Source of the DNA: Candidatus Uhrbacteria bacterium
Lineage (GTDB): Bacteria > Patescibacteriota > Patescibacteriia > JACQRZ01
DNA length: 64,000 nucleotides
Direction of reading: 5' to 3'
Assembly (NCBI GenBank): GCA_016206175.1
Contig: JACQSB010000007.1
Span: 8,639-72,638, forward strand
The position numbers were made by a program, and so were the translations under genes. This document shows positions 46,540-56,701 of the stretch, piece after piece. Under the pieces are notes generated by a model. It was given only the letters and a program-made list of their open reading frames with translations. It was not told the origin of the DNA and made no database searches. Every line of letters begins with the position of its first letter. Positions within the stretch are counted from its first letter, which is position 1.

Positions 46540-48369
46540 CTATTCCATTATAACGCGAATTCCCAAATCGCGTAACTGCTGTTGCTCCACTGTGCTGGGA
46601 GCCCCGACGGTTAAATCGCGGGCATCACCGGTCTTGGGAAACGCCATCACCTCACGGATATTCGGCTCATCAAGAAGGAGCATGAGAAAACGGTCAATAC
46701 CAAGCGCAAATCCTCCATGAGGCGGGGCACCATACTGAAACGCCTCCAGCATATGAATGAAGTCTTTCTGCTGTTCTTTTGAAAAACCAATGAGTTCGAA
46801 TATTTTCTGCTGCAGTTCCGGAACGTGGATACGGATGCTGCCCCCGGCTGTTTCATTTCCATTGAAAACAAAATCGTATTGCCACGATTTGACTTTCAAG
46901 GGGTCTGTGTCAAGGAGCGAAAGATCTTCCTTGCGTGGCATCGTAAACATATGATGCATCGGCACGGGATGGCGATTCACGTATTCCGGTTCAAACAATG
47001 GGAAATCGAGCGTAAAGGAAAATGCGAGAACGTTCGGATCGATCAGACCGAGTCGCCGTGCAAGATCAAGACGCACATGCGCAAGTGACTCTTCCACAAT
47101 GAGATGATGATCCGCACCAAAAAAAATGATATCCCCCGCCTTCACTTTACCCGTGTCGGCGCTCAGCGCTTGCACAATCCTGCGCGCACATTCATCGCCA
47201 AGAAATTTCACTATGGGAGAATCGAGTTCGCCGCCGTCTTTTACTTTGATATAGGCAAGTCCTTTTGCGTGATGGGTTTTGGCAAGTTCGGTTAACTCAT
47301 CAATATGCGAGCGCGAAAGAGTTTCTCCGGCACCGGGTGCGTTGAGCGCGCGTACCACACCACCTTTTGCGACCGCGTCAGCAAAGACAGAAAACCCGCA
47401 ATTGCGTACAAGCTCGGTAATATCGGTAATCTCAAGGCCGAATCGTAGATCTGGTTTATCTATCCCATAGCGCAGAACCGCCTCATCATACGATAATCGC
47501 GGAAATGGTTTAGACAAAATGCTCTTCGTGATGAACTTCTTCTCTTTGAAATATTCAACAAGAGACGTGGCCAAAACTTCGAGAAGATCAAGTACGTCAT
47601 CGCGCTCGACGAATGACATTTCTAAATCGAGTTGACTGAACTCTGCCTGACGATCACCACGGCTGTCTTCGTCACGCAAACATTTCGCGATCTGGAAATA
47701 ACGGTCAAGGCCGCCCACCATCAAAAGCTGTTTGTACTGCTGGGGTGACTGCGGCAAGGCATAAAATCTCCCTCGATGGACGCGGGAGGGTACGAGGTAA
47801 TCGCGCGCGCCTTCCGGAGTGCTCTTTGTCAGCAAGGGGGTTTCGACTTCGAGAAAACCGCGGTCCGCAAGAAAATTGCGGATGAAACGGATCGCTTCAT
47901 GCCGCGCTGTCATATTTCGTTTCATGCGCGGACGGCGCAGGTCGATGTAGCGGTACGTCATACGGCGCTCCTCGTTGACGTCTTGTTCCGCTTCAGCGGG
48001 AGATTCCACTTCAAACGGCGGGGTCTTTGCCGTGTTGAGAATTTTGATCTCGTGGACAATCACTTCAATCTCTCCTGTCGGCAAATGTTTGTTGATCATT
48101 TCTGCCGGCCGTTTACTCACTGCACCCTTCACTTGGATCACATATTCCGAACGCACAGAATCACCCACCGCAAAGGCTTCGGCATATTCTTCGGGACGAA
48201 AAACAATCTGGGTAATGCCATAACGGTCGCGAAGGTCAATAAAAATAAGTCCGCCATGATCGCGGCGCGATTGTACCCACCCGCTTAAGGTGACGGCAGC
48301 GCCAAGGTTGTGGGCGGTTAACTCATTGCAAGTATGCGTGCGCAACATAGGTTTGTATAAAAAACTCAT
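46540..48369 (-). CDS. aspS: Aspartate-tRNA ligase (probably non-discriminating)
   Basis: RRDHGGLIFIDLRD (His typical of ND-AspRS), TPEGARDY, LPQSPQ, GAPPHGG; gatCA nearby; start may be 48348. Confidence 0.97.
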   Translation of the reverse strand: MSFLYKPMLRTHTCNELTAHNLGAAVTLSGWVQSRRDHGGLIFIDLRDRYGITQIVFRPEEYAEAFAVGDSVRSEYVIQVKGAVSKRPAEMINKHLPTGEIEVIVHEIKILNTAKTPPFEVESPAEAEQDVNEERRMTYRYIDLRRPRMKRNMTARHEAIRFIRNFLADRGFLEVETPLLTKSTPEGARDYLVPSRVHRGRFYALPQSPQQYKQLLMVGGLDRYFQIAKCLRDEDSRGDRQAEFSQLDLEMSFVERDDVLDLLEVLATSLVEYFKEKKFITKSILSKPFPRLSYDEAVLRYGIDKPDLRFGLEITDITELVRNCGFSVFADAVAKGGVVRALNAPGAGETLSRSHIDELTELAKTHHAKGLAYIKVKDGGELDSPIVKFLGDECARRIVQALSADTGKVKAGDIIFFGADHHLIVEESLAHVRLDLARRLGLIDPNVLAFSFTLDFPLFEPEYVNRHPVPMHHMFTMPRKEDLSLLDTDPLKVKSWQYDFVFNGNETAGGSIRIHVPELQQKIFELIGFSKEQQKDFIHMLEAFQYGAPPHGGFALGIDRFLMLLLDEPNIREVMAFPKTGDARDLTVGAPSTVEQQQLRDLGIRVIME

Positions 48370-48417
48370 TACCTAAACAAAGTGTTGCACAGAAATGCTC
48401 TTTATGCAACCGTCCAT

Positions 48418-48448
48418 AAAGAAAGAAGGCTCGCGAAGGGCGCGAGCC
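48418..48448 (-). terminator. Intrinsic terminator after the lipoprotein gene
   Basis: 8-bp stem ggctcgcg/cgcgagcc followed by TTCTTTCTTT on the minus strand. Confidence 0.65.
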
Positions 48449-48489
48449 AAAAGGACGACTGAAGAAGCGACGCTGCCTAGCAGCGTGAA

Positions 48490-49149
48490 TTATTGCAGGA
48501 TCACCGCGATATTCACGCTCTTGCCGGAGGCAAAGTCGACCGCGGGATCGATGGTGGCGCCGGCAAAACGGATGCCGGTGATGTCCATGTGTATCCGGAC
48601 GTCCACCGGAAGGTTCTGGAAATTTCGGACCTTGGCAGTCAGCATCGACGTTTCGTTTGCCTTGATCAACGATTCCACGTAGGGAACGAGCGGATAGAAA
48701 CTCTCGTAGATGACGTCAGTAGCCGGGATGGCGAAGATTACCTCGCCATTGACGTCAAACTCCACGTTCATGTTTACGCGGCTCGACCGGTCGAGCCGAT
48801 ACATGTACTCCGTGGTATAGACGTCATGGGTTGACTTGATCTCCCAGCGCCCCACGACGATCGGGTCGCCTTTCGACACCACGAATCCTTCCGGCGAATC
48901 CGCCGTCAGGTTGAACAAGAGCTTGAAAGGCGTTGGCGCCGCAGTTTTTGGGGAAGCAGTTGCTGCGGGCGATGGTGAGGAGTGATCCGTTGCCGTAGCG
49001 CACGGCGATGACGAGGTGACCGGCGCCGCAGGTGCTGCCGACTGAACGGAATCTATGATACTCCTCACGCCGGAGGTACTGATGTCAGCCTTGCAGCCGA
49101 CCGTAGCAACCAGCGCCGCGATGATGAAGGAACGTTTTCGGGTGAGCAT
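48490..49149 (-). CDS. Hypothetical lipoprotein-like protein
   Basis: AAAGGAGG SD, basic N-terminus, hydrophobic stretch ending TVG-C, Pro/Ala/Ser/Thr linker, beta-rich domain. Confidence 0.7.
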   Translation of the reverse strand: MLTRKRSFIIAALVATVGCKADISTSGVRSIIDSVQSAAPAAPVTSSSPCATATDHSSPSPAATASPKTAAPTPFKLLFNLTADSPEGFVVSKGDPIVVGRWEIKSTHDVYTTEYMYRLDRSSRVNMNVEFDVNGEVIFAIPATDVIYESFYPLVPYVESLIKANETSMLTAKVRNFQNLPVDVRIHMDITGIRFAGATIDPAVDFASGKSVNIAVILQ

Positions 49150-49220
49150 TTTCTGCAATCCTCCTTTCACCCAAGTGATTGTGGAAGTATGGCAAAAAAA
49201 AAGAAAAAGTAAATGGCGTA

Positions 49221-49844
49221 CTACAATAACCCAATGAAATCCTGGGTGTTGAGACGACGCGGCAGAGTGTCAGAAAGAAAACGTTGGGTAGCTGTTTTCA
49301 TCCACCGCTGCGGCGGCGTCGAGCGAAGTTTGGCAAGTGATGATGCAGCAATCGCATCGAGAGTCTTTTGTGCTCCTTTGATATCTGGCCGATACCCAAG
49401 CAGTATGGAAAGTTTGAGCACAAAAAAATCTGTAAGCTGTTTTACTTCGCGAGTCTGTGAAGTATGAGGCAACTGTTCCAATTCAAAAAGGAAGTCGCGC
49501 ACCAATTCATACGTATGTTCATCGGCTGCGTCCCAATGAATCAGTGCCTGAATGATCTCCATCGCATACAGAGCAATGATCAGCTTCTGTATGTTGTCTT
49601 TTATCTTTGAAAAAGAGCTAATGATATCAACGCCGGCAATGCGATTATGCGTGCGGCCACGAGCTATCAAAAACGTTGCATGAGTCAAAAGCTCAAGACT
49701 GCCGCCCAGTTTGCTCGAGAGTTTTAATACGCCTTGCGCAAGCGTTTCGATCTTACCGTATTCTTTCGTATAAAGCACAAAAACACGGTCGTGTTCGCGC
49801 GACACTCGCTTATCGATAATGAATCCGGTCGCTTTGTAGGTCAT
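49221..49844 (-). CDS. recO: DNA repair protein RecO
   Basis: EHDR...YTKEYGKI..AQG...SKL.G.LE; KL..LLGYRP. Confidence 0.9.
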   Translation of the reverse strand: MTYKATGFIIDKRVSREHDRVFVLYTKEYGKIETLAQGVLKLSSKLGGSLELLTHATFLIARGRTHNRIAGVDIISSFSKIKDNIQKLIIALYAMEIIQALIHWDAADEHTYELVRDFLFELEQLPHTSQTREVKQLTDFFVLKLSILLGYRPDIKGAQKTLDAIAASSLAKLRSTPPQRWMKTATQRFLSDTLPRRLNTQDFIGLL

Positions 49845-50251
49845 GGCGCAAGAGAATCGAGAAAAGACTGAAGAATAAGCATTGCTGCAATGGAATGATC
49901 ATCTTTTGTTCGAATGCTTGTCTCGCGAATGTGCCGTGCTGCTTGGGAAGATGTAAAACTTTCATCCTGTATTTTTACCGGCGTTGCCATGGCAGATTGA
50001 AGCGTATGCACGAATGTCTCTGTCTTTTCTCTCTGGATCTGCGCTGCATCATGCCTGCCAATCCGATACAGCGGCATGCCAACCACAAGAACATCAATAG
50101 ATTCTTCGCGGACGATTTTTTTGATCTCATCAACGAGATGGTCTGGAGTCAGATAGGTAATGGTATGCAAGGGGACGCCTACGCGCGTTTCGTCATCGCC
50201 AATCGCAAAGCCGACATGTCGGTCGCCATAATCAATGCCAAGATATCTCAT
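49841..50251 (-). CDS. yqgF: YqgF/RuvX family pre-16S rRNA nuclease
   Basis: YLGIDYG, VVGMP, DESFTS, AAMLILQSFLD. Confidence 0.92.
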   Translation of the reverse strand: MRYLGIDYGDRHVGFAIGDDETRVGVPLHTITYLTPDHLVDEIKKIVREESIDVLVVGMPLYRIGRHDAAQIQREKTETFVHTLQSAMATPVKIQDESFTSSQAARHIRETSIRTKDDHSIAAMLILQSFLDSLAP

Positions 50252-51024
50252 AACTCCGTTAAAATCTCTGCGCCATTTCGCTGCACAAGAATCGTATGTT
50301 CAAAATGCGCTGCCAACGAACCATCTGCTGTGCGGATCGTCCATCCATCGGGGTCCATCTTAACCTTCCACGTACCAACAGAAATCATCGGCTCAATGCA
50401 AATCGTCATTCCTTCTGTGAGTCGCGTGGCTGCGGCGCGCGGTTCATCGTAGTTAAAAATAGGAGGATCTTCATGCAGGTTCTTTCCTATGCCATGACCC
50501 GTAAGATCGCGTACAACTCCATACCCATGCGACTCACAATACTGCTGGACTACTTTGCCGATCGTACGGACTGCTACATCATGTCTAACAAACGAAATCG
50601 CTCTGGCAAGCGACTCTTTCGTCACTCTCATAAGACGCATGGCCGCATCAGAAATCCGTCCGGTTCCTATGGTAATCGCCATGTCAGTATAGAGCCCATT
50701 GTCCGCTGGATATGCCATCCCGATGTCAAACCCAACGATATCGCCGCTCTGCAGCACGCGATCCCGCGTACCAATGCCGTGCACCACTTCGTCATTAATC
50801 GAAATGCACAATGTTGCAGGATAGGGAAGCGTTTCCTTCGAGCCGCCATATCCTAAAAATGCAGGGATGCCCCCTGCATTTCGAATATATTCTTCTGCTC
50901 TGCTGTCCAAGTCACGCACATGAGTGCCAGGCTCGGCATACGGCACTATGTGCTGAAGCGCGGCGGCAAGGATTCTTCCGCCCTCACGCATGATTTCGAT
51001 TTCTTCTCTCGTTTTAGCTGTCAT
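50248..51024 (-). CDS. map: Type I methionyl aminopeptidase
   Basis: CISINDEVVHGI, GHGIG..LHEDP, IEPM, AAHFEHT. Confidence 0.96.
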   Translation of the reverse strand: MTAKTREEIEIMREGGRILAAALQHIVPYAEPGTHVRDLDSRAEEYIRNAGGIPAFLGYGGSKETLPYPATLCISINDEVVHGIGTRDRVLQSGDIVGFDIGMAYPADNGLYTDMAITIGTGRISDAAMRLMRVTKESLARAISFVRHDVAVRTIGKVVQQYCESHGYGVVRDLTGHGIGKNLHEDPPIFNYDEPRAAATRLTEGMTICIEPMISVGTWKVKMDPDGWTIRTADGSLAAHFEHTILVQRNGAEILTEL

Positions 51025-52298
51025 TACAGAAAATTCTCGTAGTCTCGCATCGTAAGCTGCGCGTCGATCTGTTTCATACTCTCAAGTACAACACTAACGA
51101 CGATAAGAAGGCTCGTGCCGCCGATCGCCAATGTGCGGATTTCCGTTAGCTGCTGGATGACAAGCGGCAAAACGGCAATCGCCCCCAGAAAAACTGCGGA
51201 TGGCAAGTTGATGCGCATGACAGTCGCCTGTAAAAAGTCCGCTGTCGCCTTGCCGGGACGGATGCCCGCCACAAAGCCGCCCTGTTTTTGTAAATTTTCC
51301 GCAATCTGGTCAGGCTTAAACACAACGGAAGTATAGAAATAGGTAAAACCAATCACGAGGAGAAAATACAAGATGCCGTAAAAGGTGCTATCGTTAAAAA
51401 ACGCAATTACTGCTTGCGCGCCTTGGGTAACCCATGCGCTGCGTGCGTTCACAAAAAACTGTGCGATCGTGGGTGGGAAGAGAATAACAGAAATTGCAAA
51501 GATAATAGGAATCACGCCTGCTTGATTGACGCGCAACGGCAAGTGCGTATCAACGCCGCCGATCATTCGCATACCGCGCACGCGGCGTGCGTACGTGACA
51601 GGAATGTTCCGCTGCCCCTCTGTCATATACACCACCACAACGATAGTAAGAAGAGCGACCGCAAGGAAAATAATCAGATTGACAAACTGCGATGCCTCCA
51701 AAAGTTGGATAGATTGCACTATGCTTGGAAGATTTGCCACGATGCCGGCAAAAATAAGAAGCGAAATGCCGTTGCCGATCTTCTTTTCTGAAATAAGCTC
51801 TCCGATCCACATAAGAAAAACAGTGCCGGCAGTCATCGTAATCAGCATTGCCGCAATCGACTCAACGGAAACGTCAGCAAGAATCGGCCGAGGAGACTGA
51901 CGAAGCAATAAAATCATGCCGTACCCTTGGATAACCGCAAGCGGAACTGTAAGGTAGCGGGTATACTGGTTAATTTTTTGACGGCCGTACTCCCCGTCTT
52001 TTTGCAGCGCCTCCAAGCGCGGAAGGATCATGACCAAGAGCTGAAAAATAATGGAAGAAGTGATATAGGGAGCAACGCCCATAGCTACAACAGAAAATCG
52101 CTCCAAACCGCCGCCGGAAAATATGTTCATCAATCCAAAAATCTGGTTGCCGGCAAAGAATTGCCGAAGATTTGCCGCGTCAACGCCGGGGATGGGCACA
52201 CTCGCAGCGAGACGGAATACAACGAGCATGCCAAGCACAAACAAAATGCGATTGCGCAGATCCGGCAATGACCAAATTTGGATACATTTTTTTAGCAT
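51024..52298 (-). CDS. secY: Preprotein translocase SecY
   Basis: GVAPYITSSII, WIGELI...GNGISL, AGVIPIIFA, GIRPG, GGTSLLIVV. Confidence 0.97.
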   Translation of the reverse strand: MLKKCIQIWSLPDLRNRILFVLGMLVVFRLAASVPIPGVDAANLRQFFAGNQIFGLMNIFSGGGLERFSVVAMGVAPYITSSIIFQLLVMILPRLEALQKDGEYGRQKINQYTRYLTVPLAVIQGYGMILLLRQSPRPILADVSVESIAAMLITMTAGTVFLMWIGELISEKKIGNGISLLIFAGIVANLPSIVQSIQLLEASQFVNLIIFLAVALLTIVVVVYMTEGQRNIPVTYARRVRGMRMIGGVDTHLPLRVNQAGVIPIIFAISVILFPPTIAQFFVNARSAWVTQGAQAVIAFFNDSTFYGILYFLLVIGFTYFYTSVVFKPDQIAENLQKQGGFVAGIRPGKATADFLQATVMRINLPSAVFLGAIAVLPLVIQQLTEIRTLAIGGTSLLIVVSVVLESMKQIDAQLTMRDYENFL

Positions 52299-52303
52299 AA
52301 GCT

Positions 52304-52753
52304 TTACTTGATCGTGCCGCCTGCTTTTTCTATTTTAGCGCGCGCACTTTCTGATACGTCGCATCCTGCTATTGTCAACTTTTTTTTCAGTTCGCCCATT
52401 CCCAGAATCTTCACCTTTGGTTTTCTACCGTTTTGAGCACGAACAAGTCCGAGACGCGCAAGTGTGTCAGGGGAAACTGTTGCCCCGTTTTGAAATGATT
52501 TCTCAAGCAAGTCGACGTTGAGACAAGTTGCCTTCGCATGAATGCTTTGAAATCCTCGCAATTTTGGGATTTGGCGCATGATCGGCTGCAGCCCCTTGCG
52601 GCGCAAGCCGCTTTTACCGCCACTCCGAGCGCGTTGACCCTTGATGCCGCGAGTAGAATAAGCGCCATGCGCCGAACCAAGTCCGCGGCCGACCCGTTTT
52701 GCTTTTTTCCTTGAAGATGAAAACGGCTGTGCCGTATGAAGTGATAATGCCAT
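52304..52753 (-). CDS. rplO: 50S ribosomal protein L15
   Basis: KRVGRG, KGQRARSG, PKLRGF, KIEKAGG. Confidence 0.95.
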   Translation of the reverse strand: MALSLHTAQPFSSSRKKAKRVGRGLGSAHGAYSTRGIKGQRARSGGKSGLRRKGLQPIMRQIPKLRGFQSIHAKATCLNVDLLEKSFQNGATVSPDTLARLGLVRAQNGRKPKVKILGMGELKKKLTIAGCDVSESARAKIEKAGGTIK

Positions 52754-52764
52754 AAGATGCTCCA

Positions 52765-53355
52765 TTAACTCTTCCCTTGCTGCTCTCCGCCTATTTCTGA
52801 CACTGATTGTTCCTTGGTTTTTGCCGGTTCGGATACACGTGGTTGATGTGCCGCAGGATAACGCTGCGAAGACACGATGAGGCGATCAAAAGCAGAAAAG
52901 AGAGCTTTAATATTATTCAGTTTATTCTTAGAGCCGTAAATCTTTGCAACGATATCATTGATGCCGGAAATCTCAAGCGCCGCACGGACTGCACCGCCAG
53001 CAACGATACCGGTACCCTTTGGAGCAGGTTTCAACAAAAGGCGAGCTGCCTTGAATTTAATCGGTATAGTGTGTGCAATGGTGCCGTCGCCTACGATCGG
53101 CAACTTACGCATGTTCTTCTTTGCATGGTTTACGGCTTTTGTCACCGCAAGCGTAACGTCTGCACCTTTCCCGGAACCATAACCGATCAAACCTCGGCGG
53201 TCACCGATAACAACGCAAGCGCGGAAGCGCATTCTCTTCCCGCCAGCCATCACGCGCGCAACTCGCGCAATATCAATGATCCGTTGCTCAAATTCGCGTT
53301 CCACAGCCGCGCGAGACTCTCTTCGAGGTTTTCGTTGTCTTTCTTTTTCGGACAT
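52765..53355 (-). CDS. rpsE: 30S ribosomal protein S5
   Basis: RVARVMAGGKRMRFRA, PAPKGTGIVAGG. Confidence 0.96.
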   Translation of the reverse strand: MSEKERQRKPRRESRAAVEREFEQRIIDIARVARVMAGGKRMRFRACVVIGDRRGLIGYGSGKGADVTLAVTKAVNHAKKNMRKLPIVGDGTIAHTIPIKFKAARLLLKPAPKGTGIVAGGAVRAALEISGINDIVAKIYGSKNKLNNIKALFSAFDRLIVSSQRYPAAHQPRVSEPAKTKEQSVSEIGGEQQGKS

Positions 53356-53398
53356 AGTCTAGGGTTTAGGGTTCAGAGTTTAGGGATTAGCACTGTAG

Positions 53399-53755
53399 CT
53401 AGAATTGAAGCCCTCCTTCGCGAGCGCCTTCCGCCACTGCCTTGATGCGCCCGTGATATGCATTACCTCCCCGATCAAAAACTACGACTTTAATACCGAC
53501 CGCTCCGGCTTTATTCGCCAAAAGTTTTCCTAAAAGATGTGCTCGCTGGGTCTTCGTCTCTTTCTGATCTTTTTCGGAGAGTTCGCCTTCCTGCGCGCTG
53601 ACTAGAGTGCGTGCGGCCGTATCATCGATAAGTTGCAAGAAAAGACGTTTCGCTCCTCGAAACACGGAAAAACGCGGGATAGATGCCGTGCCAGATACTG
53701 AAGCGCGAATGCGTCTGCGGCGTAATGTTTTTCGGAATAATTTCGAACGTTTCAT
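53399..53755 (-). CDS. rplR: 50S ribosomal protein L18
   Basis: PRFSVFR, VVFDRGG.AYHGRIKA.AEGARE. Confidence 0.96.
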   Translation of the reverse strand: MKRSKLFRKTLRRRRIRASVSGTASIPRFSVFRGAKRLFLQLIDDTAARTLVSAQEGELSEKDQKETKTQRAHLLGKLLANKAGAVGIKVVVFDRGGNAYHGRIKAVAEGAREGGLQF

Positions 53756-53773
53756 AATACTAAGTTAGAAAAA

Positions 53774-54322
53774 TTACTTCGCGCCGGCTTTCGCAGCCTT
53801 ACCTGCTTTCTTGCGCACTACTTCACCGACATATCGGATGCCCTTTCCTTTGTAAGGTTCCGGCTTGCGGATCTTTCGGATCTGTGCGGCAATCTCGCCC
53901 ACCAATTCTTTATTGATACCGGTAAGCGTAACAACATTTTTCTCTACGGTTGCGCTGATACCTTCAGGCAATCGGAATTCAACCGGATGAGAAAACCCGA
54001 CATTGAGTGTGAGTGTGGATCCAGCAACGCTTGCGCGAAAACCTACGCCGTTTAACTCTAATTGTTTTTGTACCCCTTTCAGAACTCCTGTCACCATATT
54101 GGTCAATAAACGCTGTGACAAGCCCCAAAGCGAACGATGCAGTTTGATGGTCTCATCTTTGACGGACACTGTTGCAATGCCGTTATCTACTGCAACGGAT
54201 ACGGCGGGATGAAAGGTCCTCGTTAATTGTCCTTTTGGGCCTTTGACTGATACCGTGCGTGCATTGACTGCTACCTCGACGCCTGATGGTATCTGAACAG
54301 GTTGTTTTCCGATACGAGACAT
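53774..54322 (-). CDS. rplF: 50S ribosomal protein L6
   Basis: MSRIGKQP, RKPEPYKGKGIRY. Confidence 0.97.
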   Translation of the reverse strand: MSRIGKQPVQIPSGVEVAVNARTVSVKGPKGQLTRTFHPAVSVAVDNGIATVSVKDETIKLHRSLWGLSQRLLTNMVTGVLKGVQKQLELNGVGFRASVAGSTLTLNVGFSHPVEFRLPEGISATVEKNVVTLTGINKELVGEIAAQIRKIRKPEPYKGKGIRYVGEVVRKKAGKAAKAGAK

Positions 54323-54329
54323 ATACTAG

Positions 54330-54722
54330 TTAGCTTATTTCGCAAAGCACTTCTCCTCCTAAGCGACGTTTGCGCGCTTCGCGATTTGTCATCACGCCAT
54401 GCGAAGTAGAGATGATGGCAATACCGAGATTATTCAATACGGTCGGGAGTTCCGTTGCTTTCGCATAGACACGGCAGCCGGGTTTGCTGATGCGGCGCAG
54501 TGAGTGGATAGCAGGAATCCGTGAATCAAGATATTTGAGAGAAATCATGATAGTCTGCTTCCCTGCATCGGAAGAAAGTTCAAAATCTGCGATGTATCCT
54601 TCCTGCTTCAAGAGAGAGACAATATCTCGTTTCACGCGGGAATACGGAAGCTGCACCATGCTTTTGCGCACCGCGAGAGCGTTTCTAATTCTTGTAAGAA
54701 GGTCTGCAATTTGGTCTGTCAT
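54330..54722 (-). CDS. rpsH: 30S ribosomal protein S8
   Basis: IADLLTRIRNA, RISKPG.RVY, GGEVLC. Confidence 0.97.
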   Translation of the reverse strand: MTDQIADLLTRIRNALAVRKSMVQLPYSRVKRDIVSLLKQEGYIADFELSSDAGKQTIMISLKYLDSRIPAIHSLRRISKPGCRVYAKATELPTVLNNLGIAIISTSHGVMTNREARKRRLGGEVLCEIS

Positions 54723-54739
54723 ACGCGAATAGTTAGTAT

Positions 54740-54934
54740 CTACCAGCTGCTCTTTGTCATACCGGGGATAGCGCCACGGCTTGCGAGCTCTCGAAAACAG
54801 ATGCGGCAGAGCTCAAACTTTCTCATAAACCCATGACGGCGACCACACCGCCAGCAGCGGCGAACAATCCGGGTAGAAAACTTTGCTTTATGCAAGGAAC
54901 GAGCTGATTTTACTTCTTGTGCAACAGTAGCCAT
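54740..54934 (-). CDS. rpsN: 30S ribosomal protein S14, zinc-binding type
   Basis: RCWRCGR...[12 protein letters not shown]. Confidence 0.95.
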   Translation of the reverse strand: MATVAQEVKSARSLHKAKFSTRIVRRCWRCGRRHGFMRKFELCRICFRELASRGAIPGMTKSSW

Positions 54935-54942
54935 AGGAATAG

Positions 54943-55500
54943 TTATTTTGCAATAGGTTTGGCGGTACGAAATGGAAATCCGAGAAGGGCAAAAAGACGC
55001 AGTCCTTCATCGCGCGAATGCGCCGATGTTCGAATAGACACCTCAAGGCCATGCACACGCTCGATCTCATCCGGACGTATCTCTGGAAAAGGAAGATTCT
55101 CGCGGAATCCGATCGTCACGTTGCCTTGCGCATCCACACATTTTGCGTCAATACCTCGAAAGTCACGAATACGGGGAAGCGCAAAGGTAAACAGCCGATC
55201 GAGAAAATCATACATCCGTTTCTTTCGCAATGTGACGGTAACGCCGACAACCTGACCTGCGCGCAGCTTAAACCCTGCGATGGATTTCTTTGCTTTTGTA
55301 CGTATCGGCTTCTGGCCGGTGATGCGCGTCAACGTCTGTTCAACTACCGCGACAAATTCCGGATCCTTCAAAAGTTTGCCCACGCCGACATTTACCGTGA
55401 CGCTCATAATACGAGGCACTTGAAAGGTGTTCGTGTAACCGAACTCTTTCTTTAACGCTGGTACTACTTCTTTTGTATATGTTGTTAGTGTTGGACCCAT
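54943..55500 (-). CDS. rplE: 50S ribosomal protein L5
   Basis: [23 protein letters not shown]; ATG at 55500. Confidence 0.96.
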   Translation of the reverse strand: MGPTLTTYTKEVVPALKKEFGYTNTFQVPRIMSVTVNVGVGKLLKDPEFVAVVEQTLTRITGQKPIRTKAKKSIAGFKLRAGQVVGVTVTLRKKRMYDFLDRLFTFALPRIRDFRGIDAKCVDAQGNVTIGFRENLPFPEIRPDEIERVHGLEVSIRTSAHSRDEGLRLFALLGFPFRTAKPIAK

Positions 55501-55508
55501 ATTCGTCA

Positions 55509-55826
55509 CTAAATATTCTGTTTGCACTTTTTGCATACGCGCTGTTTTTCACGTACACCATTATTATCAGTAAAGGCGTATCCGGTTCGCACAGCCTTGC
55601 TGCAATTTTTGCAGACAACCATTACTTTTGCTGCTTGAATGCGGGCGGGTATGTATAATTTCTGCCCCTTTTCTCCTTGTTTGCGCGGCCGCACGTGTTT
55701 TACAACAAGATTCAGCCCTTCGACGATCAGGCGGCCTTCGACAGGAAACACTTTCAGAACAGCTCCTGACTTTCCTTTATCCTTGCCTGCAAGAATTTTT
55801 ACGGTATCACCTTTACGGACTTTCAT
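55509..55826 (-). CDS. rplX: 50S ribosomal protein L24
   Basis: [17 protein letters not shown] motif; two CxxC. Confidence 0.96.
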   Translation of the reverse strand: MKVRKGDTVKILAGKDKGKSGAVLKVFPVEGRLIVEGLNLVVKHVRPRKQGEKGQKLYIPARIQAAKVMVVCKNCSKAVRTGYAFTDNNGVREKQRVCKKCKQNI

Positions 55827-55835
55827 ATGAAAACG

Positions 55836-56207
55836 TTATAGCACCTCCGGCGCCAATGAAATAATCTTAGAAAACCCTTTCGCTCGAAGTTCGCGGGCAA
55901 TCGGCCCAAAAATACGCGTCCCTTTCGGCTCTTTCGACTTTTTATCAATCAACACGATCGCGTTGTCGTCAAATCTGATATAGGTGCCATCGGGTCGGCG
56001 TGTCTCTTTGCGGGTGCGAACAAGAACGCCATGAGCTACTTCCCCTTTCTTCACGCTGCTGTGCGGCTGAGCTTCTTTGATTGCAACCGTGACGATATCG
56101 CCAATGCGAGCATAGCGTTTTTGATAACCACCAAGCACCCGGATGCACTGTATGCGCTTCGCGCCTGTGTTATCAGCTGATTGTAACATTGAACGATGTT
56201 GGATCAT
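55836..56207 (-). CDS. rplN: 50S ribosomal protein L14
   Basis: [29 protein letters not shown]. Confidence 0.97.
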   Translation of the reverse strand: MIQHRSMLQSADNTGAKRIQCIRVLGGYQKRYARIGDIVTVAIKEAQPHSSVKKGEVAHGVLVRTRKETRRPDGTYIRFDDNAIVLIDKKSKEPKGTRIFGPIARELRAKGFSKIISLAPEVL

Positions 56208-56208
56208 A

Positions 56209-56484
56209 TTAGTTCTTTGGGGACTCAACTTTACCAATAATCGCAAAGCGCTTGCGGCGACTCAACGGACGTGTCTCGATACAGCGGACAACATCGCCAG
56301 TATGGTATTCATTCCGCTCATCATGCGCCAAATACCGCTTCGACACGGTGTAACGCTTTTTATATCTCGGATGGATCTTTGTGCGACTGACAACCACGAC
56401 GCGAGTCTTGTCTGCAACATCACGAGCAACGACTCCCTGAAGGGTCCGCCGCACTGTTTTTTTTGTTTTTGGTGTTTCAATCAT
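56209..56484 (-). CDS. rpsQ: 30S ribosomal protein S17
   Basis: HPRYKK, AHDE, ETRPLSR.KR. Confidence 0.95.
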   Translation of the reverse strand: MIETPKTKKTVRRTLQGVVARDVADKTRVVVVSRTKIHPRYKKRYTVSKRYLAHDERNEYHTGDVVRCIETRPLSRRKRFAIIGKVESPKN

Positions 56485-56508
56485 ATAAGTATGGAAGGTG
56501 CCGAGGCA

Positions 56509-56700
56509 TTATGAAATTTTATCTGTGCGTAATAATGTCAGAATGCGTGCAATCGTTTTTTTTGTTTCGCGAATATCGCGCACATCTTTCAGTTGGCTCG
56601 CAGCCGCTTTCATGCGCAACGACACGAGGCTCTGCCGAGACTCCTGAAGGATCGACCGCAATTCATCTGCTGATTTTTCACGAAGTTCACGAAGTTTCAT
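56509..56700 (-). CDS. rpmC: 50S ribosomal protein L29
   Basis: ELREKS..EL, KKTIARILT; conserved position. Confidence 0.93.
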   Translation of the reverse strand: MKLRELREKSADELRSILQESRQSLVSLRMKAAASQLKDVRDIRETKKTIARILTLLRTDKIS

Positions 56701-56701
56701 A

